The notes: generated from the letters alone by a model not told the origin. A DNA stretch of 37,505 nucleotides from a virus (IMGVR_UViG_3300020045_001919:1-37505); one strand, 5' to 3'; positions 9,101-18,251 are shown, counted from the first letter of the stretch. Made by a program: numbers and translations.

Positions 9101-10300
9101 CTGCCTAAGCTTGGACGCACTGGCCGCATTAAATGTCTGATCGAGCCGCGCACTCTCTATCTCTGCATTTTTGGCGTTCGCCAGTCGGCCTGTGATTTTA
9201 ACAGCAGCGCGAGCCGTGCGATCAACCGCAGTGGTGAGAGCGGTAGCGCCACCGACGCCACCAATAGTGGCAACCAATGTTTCAGCAGCCGCACCGGGTC
9301 GCTCTTTGACAAACTCTGAAAGTGTCTTGTCAGGATTGAGCGTCACCCATTCCGTAAAGTCCTGCATGAGTGTAGCCAACTGTTCGCCCGGTATTTCCGC
9401 TGCAAGCTGACCCATGAGGGTTTTGAGTATGGGGGTTTTTGTAGCAATATCACCAGCTAGTTTGCTAACCGGGATTTTCTCGGTCACATACTCGATAGTG
9501 CCTTGCGTAGCGCCATAGATTGCAGACCTTTGCGGAGACAAACCAGTATCACGAGCTTTAATATACTCATTGCCGCCAGCAGAGGCCGCGAACATTCCAA
9601 CACCAGCCGCCGGAGAGCCGAGAAGCGAAACGCCCACAGAAGCAGCAGAAAGAGGAACGCTTTTAACGCCTGCAAGAAGGTTTTTGCCAACCCAGTTCGT
9701 TACATCGGGGCGGGCCTCTTGCGCAATGACTTGCCCCTCTCTTTGCTTGGTACGCGCATATCCTGAAATATATTCCGGCAAAGACTTGAAGCCATACCGC
9801 TTTGCTGCTTGCCGTGAAATGTCTGTTTGAGGCTCCAGCGCTTGAGCGTTCTCAGCAAGGCCAGCAATTGCACCCCATAGGCCAGAGGTGGCTTGCATGG
9901 TGCCAGCGCCAAGCGATTGTACAACGGACTTGGCACCGTACAATGTCTTACCCAAAAGACCCAAAGCATCGTAATCATCCGCAGCCATCGCAGCGTTACG
10001 CGGTTCGCTCGACCATGACGCAAAGCCGGGATGCTTTTTGGCAAGGGAATTAACAGCCTCTGCCTTTTCCTGTGTCTCGAACGTCTGCAAATCGCTTTCG
10101 ATGACAGGCGCAGGAATACCACGCTTGCGGGCCAGAACATTGGCACGGGCCACCGTCGCGCCATCACCCATTGCAGATATGTCCAGAGAGCGCTTAACAG
10201 CAGCATCGGCGGCGATCATATCATCATATGGGTTATCACTGACCTCAACGGTCCGCGCAACCGGAGGTTCGTAATCACTAAGCGAGGGCAGTTTAGCCAT
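3161..10300 (-). CDS. Giant internal virion/ejection protein (T7 gp16 position), polyvalent protein with ART-like, GNAT and zincin HExxH modules, 2379 aa
   Basis: Last of three ejection genes before the tailspike. Motifs NFWNWFGESKVVDEQGRPLVVYHGT..GYDGV..FDPTQIKS (ART-PolyVal-like), KGQGLGTKAM..LVKFYKRFGF (GNAT) and TFIHESGH..HEMWARGIERY (metallopeptidase). Confidence 0.88.
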   Translation of the reverse strand: MAKLPSLSDYEPPVARTVEVSDNPYDDMIAADAAVKRSLDISAMGDGATVARANVLARKRGIPAPVIESDLQTFETQEKAEAVNSLAKKHPGFASWSSEPRNAAMAADDYDALGLLGKTLYGAKSVVQSLGAGTMQATSGLWGAIAGLAENAQALEPQTDISRQAAKRYGFKSLPEYISGYARTKQREGQVIAQEARPDVTNWVGKNLLAGVKSVPLSAASVGVSLLGSPAAGVGMFAASAGGNEYIKARDTGLSPQRSAIYGATQGTIEYVTEKIPVSKLAGDIATKTPILKTLMGQLAAEIPGEQLATLMQDFTEWVTLNPDKTLSEFVKERPGAAAETLVATIGGVGGATALTTAVDRTARAAVKITGRLANAKNAEIESARLDQTFNAASASKLRQGDPEAFKELMAKMAEDTGTETLYVPAEAMQAYMQSDAYKGEFDDYADDIAEGIAKDGDVVIPMADAVTTFAGSTAWDAIKDDVRLTPGGDSKREALSFNDAMADVMDELATKMGEQERAAAAERAPREMVFDSAYTKLTNAGYTPSMARTQAELVTRRAEARATMLGRELTGNEYDVEIREVLPERLARAKPADNLDMLIATMRRKKDAPIPRGPSLVKWIAQQGGITDPGGDLKAMGLGPIKGIGAKGQRKLIRESIAGQGSMLGADGMQNSNSPDNLAMRAWQEGYFPDFAERPEVNVLLDAISEELAGRERFSEDVDTSFRDAADQLRELLEGRTIDPDKATRKQISEAMDAYVAEQAAGLGYDQSLPDTITIDGVTRSTVNSNGQPIAQTEEGVRNFWNWFGESKVVDEQGRPLVVYHGTDADISIFGSSEDGGQAGGAYWFGDSETASAYADQRKSRDSKRGANILPVYLSMQNPFVFDAEGRGWNGVVPADTDLSEKIEKSFSGNKPWLDQRKSSQNINALSVWAKKSGYDGVITHNVKDQANLERQGVAATSYAAFDPTQIKSVNNRGAFDPADARILYQSAAGITNDDVGAWASEVEKRLGLKAFNVWLSRGDLKLNMLIAGEKGQGLGTKAMEELTAYADLNGKRIVLSPAQADDNHGTTSRARLVKFYKRFGFHENKGRKKDYAVSEGMIREPIAGRSYNQEHRGRAVFQESGKRIIELLQLRDQSTFIHESGHIWLEELREDAALPEAPERLRNDWKTVEDWFSANGYPIQNGIIPEEAHEMWARGIERYVMEGVAPSKGLRKVMEIFKVWMTRLYKSVDSLKAPITPEIRDVMNRLIATEEEIALAAEEQQLQRGFDTKPDNMTDSEWSAYEGLVSDARSDARDALLVKVMNAVKRRVTKEYKERAEVIRQEVAEQVGVRPEFVAMGILKTTPMDTQVIVDRYGIDAPGTLLKQVPPVHKKGGANPDDIAEIAGFGSGDDMIRMLISMEAQKIAMREAGDTRSLRKATIEDEVNARMLENYGDPFTDGSIEEEALATIHNDKQGEVLAAELRVLARSTQKRPTPYRIAKAWAERAVAQGVVKDVASRAVIQQYRKAAQKSGRLAQEAMLKGDMDAAFDHKQAQMLNNAFLAEATRVAEEIDKAVARMSKLGRKRTFKSIDQDYLEQAQTLLEQVDLKKRTQTFIDRQGSFEAWAKTQEANGVDVIVPQSFEATLGVENWSRLTVEKLLNLDAVVSQIIHLGKWKQTLIDNKERRDFDAVVGEVISVADDMGRKAPSDLMEPSFGDRLKSNVMDFDAALLKMETIFDWMDNGNPNGAFNRIVFEPIATAEGRSKAMQEEYHAKIKALFEKVGIKQLARWQDKFTDPVLTNPKSGNLMQSKRVHLIVMALNMGNEGNRQRLIDGYEWDDGAVMDVLNRELTKDDWDFVQSVWDTIEGLWPEMAAMERRVNGVEPEKVDPSPIETPHGTYKGGYYPAVYDATKDYSAEERAAASNEMFGMSYTRATTRSSSTKARADKVNNPILLDLGVLNRHIQEVIHDITHREAIMQADKFLSDRRVMRAMDDIVGVEARKQSRPWLQYVANQWAHEKAGNEGAGKWIGKARSNTTVVGMGFRATTIITQIAGYSNSFEYVGAKWVTPAIGKFAAELAGSGVKFATFNGIQMPPMMAFAMERSPELRGRMDNIDRDIRSEMNRMMQADTVKGKVGNVLTAGKRFAFHGIGYADRLVVVPTWVGMYNRSMSEGMTEQQAIYAADKAVRLSQGSSSAKDIAAIARGTGPWGKALTLLTMFYSYVSTSYNRKRSLGRDVARASAADLPDIMARAFWLIMVPPILAQVLGGNGPEEDEDWGVWAFKEMMFDAIGAVPVVRDLGRPLWDEAAGNQGFDYQMSPIQRAGQTIVFFAGDVGKVVRGEDTKRMTKTTLETVGYTTGLLPGQIATSTQFLVDVGYDEYDPQTVSEWYRGLTKGKIDE

Positions 10301-12270
10301 TATTGTATTTTCCTACGGAAATATGCCACAATTTCGTCATCGGTCGGTTCACGATTGTACTGCTTAGCATAGCTTTTCTTGATAGCATCCTGATCCTTTT
10401 CGGGAACATTTGCTATTGTGAAGTCAAAAATCTTGCGCGTCGTGCGTGATGTTCCAAAAAAGCCCGTTTTGTTCATAAGCACGTCACGGGTGGCCTTAAC
10501 AAACGCCTCCTTTTCCAGTGCGTCAGTGATCGGCTTACCCGTTTCAGCATAAGCCGATAGCGTCTGTGTCATAAGGTCATGGACCGCAAGGAACCGAGCC
10601 TGTCCCTCAGCAGTGCTATTAAGCTTCATGTCAGGCGTTTTATATGTTGCGATTGTAGCAGTGATACGCCCGCGCAAAGCTGTGGTTTTAGGCGTCTCGT
10701 TATTCATTTCTGCCTGCTTCACTTGCAAAGCGCCAATTTCCGATGGCTTAAGAACACCCACCAGTTCCTTCAAGTTGCGATGCTTAAATGCCTCAGGGTC
10801 TTTCGCTATCTCAAGCTTAACACCCCATAAAACATCGTCAGACTTCTTTTCATCCATGCCTTTGACATTGGACTTTGCAGCGTTGTCAAAGCGTATCCAG
10901 TCTGTACTGGACAGGTTTTTGTTGCCGGGTATCTGGCTAATATCGGTGAAGTTATCGCCAAGCGTTTTAATGACTTCCATCGCCTCTTCCGCAGCATCAT
11001 CCTCACGGCGTTTGGCAAGGTCATCGCCAATCTTGACGCGCTTATCCGCAAAGTCACGGGCGCGTTCAAGGCGCTCAGGGGACCACCCTTCCTTGTCGGC
11101 CCGATCCTCAAGATCGCGGTAGATATTCTCTTTATCCCAACGCCGCGCCTCAGACTTAATGCCACCGGAGCCAGTGCCTAGGACGACATGCCAATGATCG
11201 CCGGTTGCGTGTGCAGTCTTACCGCTGCCGGTTTCGTCAATAGCCTCGATAATCTTATAGCCTGATTGCTCAATCTGACCCACAAAATCAGAGAACGCCA
11301 TGCCCTTGATAGGTGCAACATCGACAGCCGCATGGCTTTTAGCGTGCCACGATGCAGGGTTCTTCTTTGATAGCGGATGATTAGAGCCACGATAGCCAGA
11401 CGTCACATTAACGCCGGGGAATATCTGCTTAATAGCCTTGACGCCGTCCTCAGTAGGAGCCTTGGGGTTCTTTGCATCCTCACGGATTGCGGGCAATTCA
11501 AACGCTGGCATAACGTCAGCCATAGCCTGCCGGTCATCCATTGCGGCCTTGACCTTGCCCGTGAGATCCAAGCGAGTGCGCCAGTCCATCTTGTCCGAGT
11601 TGGCGGCGAGTATCTGTTCAGCCCGTTCGGGCTTTTCCTGCAGCAATGCCGATGTAACTTGATCGGTCAGATAACCGTCTGTCCACTTGCGGCGTAATAC
11701 CACGGCATCGTCAGGATCGAGCGTCCCCTCACCCACAGCCCCGTCAATCATCGTGCCAGCAGTATTGATAGCCTCTTGCCGGGTAGCGTCATCCATAGCG
11801 GTGCGACTTACCCCGTGCAGTTCATCCAATGCCGTCGCCAGAACGCCTTTACGCGCAGCAACCCTTTTACCATTGGCGGCTTTCAGAACGTCAACTTTGC
11901 CGCGATCAATATCAAGCGTGCTTTCCATTTCAAAGGCAGCACGATCAGAGCGGCTTTGAATGAGAGACGTAGCCGCCTCCCTCGCCTTATTCATGCGGTC
12001 ATTGTAACGGCTTTCATAAGTCTCATAGTCGCCGTCTTGCTCCAGTTCGGAACGGGCTTCCACGTCAGCCTTCAACAGCGCAGTCTTAGCCGCACCATAG
12101 GCAAGCTTGTCCTCTTTCTCGATGACAGCCGCCGCTTGGCCTTCAATGCGTTCACCAACATTGGAAACAGCGTCAGCGACAATCTGACCGCTATTGTCGG
12201 CAACAATCGCACGACGACCAGAGGGGATAGGACGCGCACCAAGGTCTGTGCGATCAGGCAGTCTAGCCAT
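10300..12270 (-). CDS. Internal virion protein (gp15 position) with embedded M15-like Zn peptidase (peptidoglycan hydrolase) domain
   Basis: Helical protein containing VTSGYR...SWH.....AVDV...DHWHV, a peptidase M15-type pattern. Synteny fits. Confidence 0.8.
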   Translation of the reverse strand: MARLPDRTDLGARPIPSGRRAIVADNSGQIVADAVSNVGERIEGQAAAVIEKEDKLAYGAAKTALLKADVEARSELEQDGDYETYESRYNDRMNKAREAATSLIQSRSDRAAFEMESTLDIDRGKVDVLKAANGKRVAARKGVLATALDELHGVSRTAMDDATRQEAINTAGTMIDGAVGEGTLDPDDAVVLRRKWTDGYLTDQVTSALLQEKPERAEQILAANSDKMDWRTRLDLTGKVKAAMDDRQAMADVMPAFELPAIREDAKNPKAPTEDGVKAIKQIFPGVNVTSGYRGSNHPLSKKNPASWHAKSHAAVDVAPIKGMAFSDFVGQIEQSGYKIIEAIDETGSGKTAHATGDHWHVVLGTGSGGIKSEARRWDKENIYRDLEDRADKEGWSPERLERARDFADKRVKIGDDLAKRREDDAAEEAMEVIKTLGDNFTDISQIPGNKNLSSTDWIRFDNAAKSNVKGMDEKKSDDVLWGVKLEIAKDPEAFKHRNLKELVGVLKPSEIGALQVKQAEMNNETPKTTALRGRITATIATYKTPDMKLNSTAEGQARFLAVHDLMTQTLSAYAETGKPITDALEKEAFVKATRDVLMNKTGFFGTSRTTRKIFDFTIANVPEKDQDAIKKSYAKQYNREPTDDEIVAYFRRKIQ

Positions 12271-12719
12271 TATTTACCCCCAACCCTGTCAAATAGCGAC
12301 GTGCCAGTGCTTAGCAGTGATGACGCCGCATTGATATAGCCAGCCGTTTTAGTGGCCTTCGCCTGCTTGCGGGCCGACTTTGCCTGATCCTCCATCGACA
12401 ATGCCGATTGATTGCCTTCATAAAGCGCAGACAATGCCCGATACTCGCCCTCGCCTGCAATACCTTCCAGCAGATTGATGACACTTGGATCATCCACACC
12501 ACCACCAGAGGCAGCGGCAAGAGCAACACCCCGGCTGGTGGCTAGCCTGGCCTGCCGCCTTTCCTCACTCGCCTTGCGTTGGGACGATGCACGCTCAAGC
12601 CCTGCATTGGCCTCCAGTTGAGCAGCCTGCTTGCGCAAATCCTTGGCCTGTGAATTGGCGCTGATAATCGAGCCGCCAGCTTTCAGTGCTGCACCCGCTG
12701 CAAGAGCAATTTGCGCCAT
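12270..12719 (-). CDS. Internal virion protein (gp14-like), Ala/Gly-rich
   Basis: Hydrophobic Ala/Gly N-terminus, coiled coil and AASGGGVD motif. First ejection gene. Confidence 0.75.
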   Translation of the reverse strand: MAQIALAAGAALKAGGSIISANSQAKDLRKQAAQLEANAGLERASSQRKASEERRQARLATSRGVALAAASGGGVDDPSVINLLEGIAGEGEYRALSALYEGNQSALSMEDQAKSARKQAKATKTAGYINAASSLLSTGTSLFDRVGGK

Positions 12720-13084
12720 TATTCACCACCCCATATGTAAAGCTCGTCGCCATCGACTACCCCGTAATGCACAAAGCCCAAGCGTGTCAGCAACAAAGGC
12801 GCACCCTCTTCGCCATCTTCTGCAATGGCAACCAGTGGCCCTTTATATTTCTCGCACACGCCTTGCACTTTCTTGATAAGTCGGAGCACCGCCATATGCT
12901 TTAGATAGGGCTTTAGCGCGTCATTGACCACAGAAACCAGCGTTGCAAAGGGACGGCGCATAACAATACCCAAGATAGCCTCGACATGACCGTTAAGCTC
13001 GACAACCCATGCACGAAAAGAGGCTGTTATATCGGGATAGAAGTGCATCACATCGTCTTTGGTGGCTGGCCTTGTGGTTATCAT
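12719..13084 (-). CDS. gp13-like protein (GNAT-fold-like) between nozzle and ejection genes
   Basis: Position; starts ITTRPATKDD and ends LLTRLGF, typical GNAT-fold ends. Confidence 0.65.
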   Translation of the reverse strand: MITTRPATKDDVMHFYPDITASFRAWVVELNGHVEAILGIVMRRPFATLVSVVNDALKPYLKHMAVLRLIKKVQGVCEKYKGPLVAIAEDGEEGAPLLLTRLGFVHYGVVDGDELYIWGGE

Positions 13085-15741
13085 TTTGCCTGTACCTCCA
13101 TATCAGCAACCACCGCCAGTAACGTAACTGGCCTTGGCGCTGCCGCCTGTAAGCATATCCGGCTATCTGTATCCCAATCACCGGCAAAAGTGAACATGGC
13201 CTCATCATATTCAAGGCGCATTTCGTCCACCACTTCCGTGTAGCCTTCAATCAGTGGCAGGCTATCCATAAGATCAAATGACGGGCCATATTCCAGACCA
13301 TCCCTGTGTATCCATCGTGCGATCACGCCAATGCGCGTAACCTTCTTTTTCATGCACAACATCGTGCCATCTTTGAGCGCATAGGAAAGCTTCGTGCTTT
13401 TGTAGGTCGCTGTATAGGGCAAGCCGACAATCGCATTTTCCACAGCCACCGATAGCGTGATAGAGCCGCTTGCAACCGTGTACGTCCCAAGGTCGCGCCC
13501 AGCAGTATCGTCATCATCCCAGCCCCATGCAACAACGCTTTCGCCTTCAAGGTGGCCAAGGCCGGTAATCGTTGCAGTGGAGGCACCAGAATATTCAATA
13601 AAGCTATCGGCCAGCTTGGCATCGGGATAACCCCGGCACTCTTCTTCAAAGGCAAACTTTTCGTGATAGCGCTTGGTGTTACCGTTAATCACCCGCTTGA
13701 CGGTGTAATAGACATAATCCTCCTGCATACCAGGCAGAACAACAACATCCTCAACAACACCATCGGTTTCAATATCAACCCAGCATGTCACTTGTTCTTG
13801 CTTATCATAGACCATCAAGCCCACAGTGCCGTCAGTACGCACAACATGGACGCGCTTTTCAGGCTTTTGCTGTGCCGCCAGGCGAACAATGCCGGGATCC
13901 CCAATCTCAGGCACGAGCTGCGATATTTCCGCAGAGGCATAGTCATAGGTGCCAGCATCGTAACCGCTTTCATAAATACGATTGCCAGACGCATAAATGC
14001 CGGACGTGCCAATCTTGACACTGTTAACATCGAGCGCCCCGTCAGTGCTGATACCCTTAAGGTTGAAATTGGTGGGCGTTAGTGGTTCATCAAATGAGGA
14101 TGACCGAGCGGACCGTATCTCCCCTTCACAGCCTAGGACAAGCCGTTGTAGAGGCATAAGCCAGTGGACAACATCAACAGGACCCGATCCAATCGAGCGC
14201 GAAATAGGAGCGCTATCACCCTCCACTTCGTCGTCGAAATTGGCAAAGGAATCGGATACGGACCCCCATACGCGATCCTTTCCGGCCCACCACAACCGGC
14301 CTTCATACAGCGCCACCGATGATGGATAGCCGCGATATTCTGACCAGTAGCTTTCTGACCATTCGGATGTTGCCGACACATTGCCAAAGGGCTGCAAGGT
14401 ATCTGCCGTCACCGATGTAGAGGAGACATACCCCGTCATGCGGGCAATGCCGGTCTGCGAACCAGACGAGTAGCTCAGTAATGCGTTGGCAGTGCCTGAC
14501 GTGTAATTGCCCGACTTTATGCCAATGCGATAATAGATAATCTGGCCATCCAGCGTGTCGTTATACGATACACTTGTAGGCGTGAAATACACACCGCTTG
14601 CAGCATCCACCCAATCGCCCGGATCTCCCACGGAATATTGTAGCGTTACAGTGGCCGTAAACGTGCCTGTAATGACGACAGCGAATAATCGGCTGTTGCC
14701 ATTGCCAGCAACCCGGATAGGCGCGGAGAATTGATTATCGCCGGTCAATTCGACCTCTGCCGACTGCCCCGTCTGTGTCAGCTTGTAGAGTGTGCCGACA
14801 TGCTCAGGCGTAAACAATGGCTGCGAGGCTGTTAGCGTGATGTTGCCGGTCGCCGCAGAAGGTGCCAGCGTGAGAGGCGTAAGGTTCTGAATACGGAACG
14901 GACCGTTATTGCTCTGATAGATGACGACTGACCAGCTACCATTATCACGCCGCTCTATGCGCCTTTGCCGATGATTGGCAGACGCAACGAACACAACGTC
15001 GCCTGATTGATCCCAACGCAAGCCATAGAGATCAGCCTCTTGCCAAGGTGCGCCGATAACCATGACGCCAGCCGCCGCTATCTCGATGCTACCCACAAGA
15101 GACGAGCGCTCTTCATAATTCAGCAAGTCGATATAGAAGTCACCCGTTGGCGTCAGTGTTAGCGAGTGAATACCCGTAGCAAGCGATGTTTCAGCGATAT
15201 ATTCATCGCCGCCCGCTGTGGATCCTACACGAATGAGGATAGGGCCGCGATCAACCACAATATCAAGCGCGTGCTGGATACCTACGCTTGTCACTGTCAC
15301 CTGTTGACGACGCCTTGCCGCACTGGTGCCTGTACCGGACAGCAGCATAAATCCACCCGTGACCCAATTGGATACGGCAGAGCCGCTATCAAGGTCAGTC
15401 CAGCCCGATAGATCAGTGGTGAAAGAGCCGTTTGTGATGGCCGTTGTGACAGCAGGGCGCGTGATAAGCTGATCGTTGACCCATACCCGCATAGCGCCGT
15501 CTGTCAGCTCAATGCGGGCAGTATCTGTGCGTGAATAGATAAACGGGATGGTGACAGATAGCCTGTCCGCCTGTGTGCCGCCTGTATAGCCCATGCCAGC
15601 ACGAAGCGACATAGGGCCAAGCGTGCGAGGCATCCAGTTAGTCTGGACCTCTGCCGACATGGCCAGCCGGTCAAAGTCAATGCGGGCCAGTGCCAGTGGC
15701 GAAATGCGACCACGATTGAAGTGGAGAAATTGAGGGTTCAT
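13081..15741 (-). CDS. Tail tubular protein B / nozzle (T7 gp12-like)
   Basis: FNRGRISP N-terminus, QSGDVVFV and GYPSSVALYEGRLWW motifs. ATG 15741 overlaps the upstream stop (ATGA). Confidence 0.88.
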   Translation of the reverse strand: MNPQFLHFNRGRISPLALARIDFDRLAMSAEVQTNWMPRTLGPMSLRAGMGYTGGTQADRLSVTIPFIYSRTDTARIELTDGAMRVWVNDQLITRPAVTTAITNGSFTTDLSGWTDLDSGSAVSNWVTGGFMLLSGTGTSAARRRQQVTVTSVGIQHALDIVVDRGPILIRVGSTAGGDEYIAETSLATGIHSLTLTPTGDFYIDLLNYEERSSLVGSIEIAAAGVMVIGAPWQEADLYGLRWDQSGDVVFVASANHRQRRIERRDNGSWSVVIYQSNNGPFRIQNLTPLTLAPSAATGNITLTASQPLFTPEHVGTLYKLTQTGQSAEVELTGDNQFSAPIRVAGNGNSRLFAVVITGTFTATVTLQYSVGDPGDWVDAASGVYFTPTSVSYNDTLDGQIIYYRIGIKSGNYTSGTANALLSYSSGSQTGIARMTGYVSSTSVTADTLQPFGNVSATSEWSESYWSEYRGYPSSVALYEGRLWWAGKDRVWGSVSDSFANFDDEVEGDSAPISRSIGSGPVDVVHWLMPLQRLVLGCEGEIRSARSSSFDEPLTPTNFNLKGISTDGALDVNSVKIGTSGIYASGNRIYESGYDAGTYDYASAEISQLVPEIGDPGIVRLAAQQKPEKRVHVVRTDGTVGLMVYDKQEQVTCWVDIETDGVVEDVVVLPGMQEDYVYYTVKRVINGNTKRYHEKFAFEEECRGYPDAKLADSFIEYSGASTATITGLGHLEGESVVAWGWDDDDTAGRDLGTYTVASGSITLSVAVENAIVGLPYTATYKSTKLSYALKDGTMLCMKKKVTRIGVIARWIHRDGLEYGPSFDLMDSLPLIEGYTEVVDEMRLEYDEAMFTFAGDWDTDSRICLQAAAPRPVTLLAVVADMEVQAK

Positions 15742-16382
15742 CCGCGTTGGTTCCACAAGCTTCTGTTGAGGCTATTGCCATGCCGTGCCGTTGTCCATTG
15801 TCCGGGCGGCATAAACCGCGTCGGCTGGCGCATAGCATCGTCGGACATGGCTTCTTTGCGGGCTTCATCATATGCCTTTTCAGCATAGGCTATGATGTTG
15901 CTATCATTGGTGACATTGCCCGCAATCTCTCTTGCGAGATGAGCCTCCACAAGCTTGATAAACTTCTCGTTCCATAGCGACATATCACCGCCATAGGTCA
16001 GCCCATCGGAAACATAGGTCACATACATGGTCTGGAGATCAGAATACCAGTAATGCCGTTCGTCTGAATACTCCAGAACCGGGCTTTTCATGCGTTCATC
16101 GGCGCAGATCATCACCGGCTTGACCATATCGGCCGGCTGATCGAAGGCATAGCGATAGCCAAAGGCTGGCGTGATCGACGGCGAATAGTCAATCTGGACA
16201 GTGCGCCGCGCAAACGTCCATGGCCCGACTTGCAGGCAGTACTGCACCGCCCCTTCTGTCCGGCCATCCGCCCACACGTCATCAAGAAGGCGGCGGGGTT
16301 CCCTGTTTTCGGTTAGGGACAACAGCTTGCGCTCTTTCAAGATACGCAATGCCCCGTTATAAATACCTAGCTGCGTTGCCAT
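15738..16382 (-). CDS. Tail tubular protein A / adaptor (T7 gp11-like)
   Basis: IYNGAL..L, PWTFARR, FGYRYAFDQPAD and F..LV..HLA.EIA motifs. Confidence 0.85.
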   Translation of the reverse strand: MATQLGIYNGALRILKERKLLSLTENREPRRLLDDVWADGRTEGAVQYCLQVGPWTFARRTVQIDYSPSITPAFGYRYAFDQPADMVKPVMICADERMKSPVLEYSDERHYWYSDLQTMYVTYVSDGLTYGGDMSLWNEKFIKLVEAHLAREIAGNVTNDSNIIAYAEKAYDEARKEAMSDDAMRQPTRFMPPGQWTTARHGNSLNRSLWNQRG

Positions 16383-16403
16383 TTGAGAACCCCGTCCTTT
16401 TAA

Positions 16404-16850
16404 TTAGCGATCAAGTGCGGCAATGTAGTCTTTGACCCATTTCACCGCGTCCTCTTTTGCCGCAAAGCCATCATGCATGATTTGCTTGTCAGAGACGCGC
16501 ACGACGCGAAACTTCGTCGAAGGGCCGGACCACTTCACTTCAAACTCGTCACCAACACTGGCGACGGCTGGTGCTGCTTCTGCCCCATCAAACTCCACCT
16601 TATGCAACAGCGTGACATTGGCGTAAGCCTTGCCCACAGTGCGAACCATGAGGAGCGCATAATAATCGCCACGCTCAGGGAGAATGCGGATCAGATCACC
16701 TTGTCGCAGCTTATGCGCCACATGCGCCCAAAAGGCAGGCTGCAATGCGTCGTCAATCGTCTGGCTATCAGTGAGAGCCGCGCCGTAAGTGCTGCAATAA
16801 TGGTCGGCAGGCTGCAAACGTGCCTGCATCAGTGTGTTATTTGTCGTCAT
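16404..16850 (-). CDS. Hypothetical protein in the virion module, 148 aa
   Basis: Clean ORF with RBS (AAGGAAG) between head and tail genes. Confidence 0.75.
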   Translation of the reverse strand: MTTNNTLMQARLQPADHYCSTYGAALTDSQTIDDALQPAFWAHVAHKLRQGDLIRILPERGDYYALLMVRTVGKAYANVTLLHKVEFDGAEAAPAVASVGDEFEVKWSGPSTKFRVVRVSDKQIMHDGFAAKEDAVKWVKDYIAALDR

Positions 16851-16880
16851 CGTACTTCCTTCTTCTTATTGAAGCCGCCT

Positions 16881-16916
16881 AACAAGAAAGGGCCAGCCCG
16901 CGAAGGCCAGCCCTTT
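16881..16916 (-). terminator. Intrinsic terminator after the capsid/decoration genes
   Basis: AAAGGGCTGGCCT-TCGC-GGGCTGGCCCTTT followed by CTTGTT. Same position as T7 T-phi. Confidence 0.7.
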
Positions 16917-16942
16917 AAGTTGGACGACAGTTTCAGTTGGCC

Positions 16943-17221
16943 TTAATCGCCATCTGTCTGGGCAATCGCAGTGCCATCGGAAATATCAGCAACGCCTGTG
17001 GTGGCGCTTACGTCAATCACTGTGCAAAGCGATGTAGTCGGTACGTTGGTATCTCGGACAATCACCGTGTCACCCACGCGCAGGCCGACAAAATAGCCAT
17101 TGGTGAAATAACCGGAGGTGTTGACCGTGGCGATAGGATCAGCACTTTCATAGTACCAGATCTTGCCGCCAACCACGCCCTGAACGGTAAGGCGTGGAGG
17201 ATTGGAAGTTGCATAAGTCAT
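16943..17221 (-). CDS. Probable capsid decoration/cement protein, 92 aa
   Basis: Small beta-rich ORF directly after the major capsid gene and before the terminator. Confidence 0.65.
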   Translation of the reverse strand: MTYATSNPPRLTVQGVVGGKIWYYESADPIATVNTSGYFTNGYFVGLRVGDTVIVRDTNVPTTSLCTVIDVSATTGVADISDGTAIAQTDGD

Positions 17222-17234
17222 TGTAAGTTACCCC

Positions 17235-18086
17235 TTATTCAGCAGCGAAGGCGGAACCGTCATGGTTCATCACCACAACACCGCTATTCTGGAGAAGCTT
17301 GGACCCCATGAACACACTTGCGCGGGCATAGGTGTAATCCTGCTCCTGATCGTAACCCACTGGCGTCTGAATGCCCGAAGAGTTAACCGCATGGCCAATC
17401 GAATTACGATGGTACATGAAGCACTTTTCAGCACTGGTGCCGACACCCGGCAGATTAGGATGCACGATCCAGTTAACGCCCAACCAGCGATAGAAGCCCA
17501 CAGTGTCCTTCCATGCAGTAGCGCCACTGTCTAGCGGCTTCATGGATACAAAGTCAGCATTGCTAAACTCTGGAACGGACAGGAGATACGCTTCAAAGCC
17601 CGGTGTAACAGCGGCCCATATATTGCCATCAAAAGGCACTTCATTGTTACCAAGGATTGTCTTGGCACGAAGTGCAAGCATGAGGGTGGCCGTCTGCGCT
17701 GTGCCGGTATCCTGTGTCGCCGTGTTCAGCTCAGTCACAATATCACTGTCAATCTTACGATTGATAACGCCGATTGTGGTGCGCTGCATGATGGCACGCT
17801 GATCGCCCTGTGAGGCAAAGACGTTGAAGCCGGTCTTGCGAACAAGATCATGCCACTCGGTCAAAGCCGCGGTATATTGCGTCAGGTCATCGGCGCGGGC
17901 AGGGATAAGGCCATTAACGCCGCGTGTCGTAGCTTCGGCAGAGCCGGAACCAGCAACAAGGAACGTCGCCTGATTGCCCTTGATAACGCTTTCAGTCGTG
18001 GTTGTCTGGCGCAAGAGAGACTGGCTGGCCTCGAACATTGCGATGGATTCTTGACGATATTGAATTTGAAATGCTGTGTCTGCCAT
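17235..18086 (-). CDS. Major capsid protein, 283 aa
   Basis: Follows the scaffold gene. Strong TAGGAG RBS. Motifs FQIQYRQE..SLLR.T, RKIDSDI and WLGVNWIVHPNLP. Confidence 0.9.
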   Translation of the reverse strand: MADTAFQIQYRQESIAMFEASQSLLRQTTTTESVIKGNQATFLVAGSGSAEATTRGVNGLIPARADDLTQYTAALTEWHDLVRKTGFNVFASQGDQRAIMQRTTIGVINRKIDSDIVTELNTATQDTGTAQTATLMLALRAKTILGNNEVPFDGNIWAAVTPGFEAYLLSVPEFSNADFVSMKPLDSGATAWKDTVGFYRWLGVNWIVHPNLPGVGTSAEKCFMYHRNSIGHAVNSSGIQTPVGYDQEQDYTYARASVFMGSKLLQNSGVVVMNHDGSAFAAE

Positions 18087-18251
18087 GACGGCAACTCCTA
18101 TAAGAAAAAATAATGGATTTTCTCACAGGGCCGATGGTCAGATGGTCATCGCGGCTTGCGGAGCGACAACACCCTTTACGGGGCTGTGTTTGGTGCCTGC
18201 CTACAGGCTTCTTTGGTAGCCGGGGCGCTTTTGACGGGCCAGCTACCAAAG

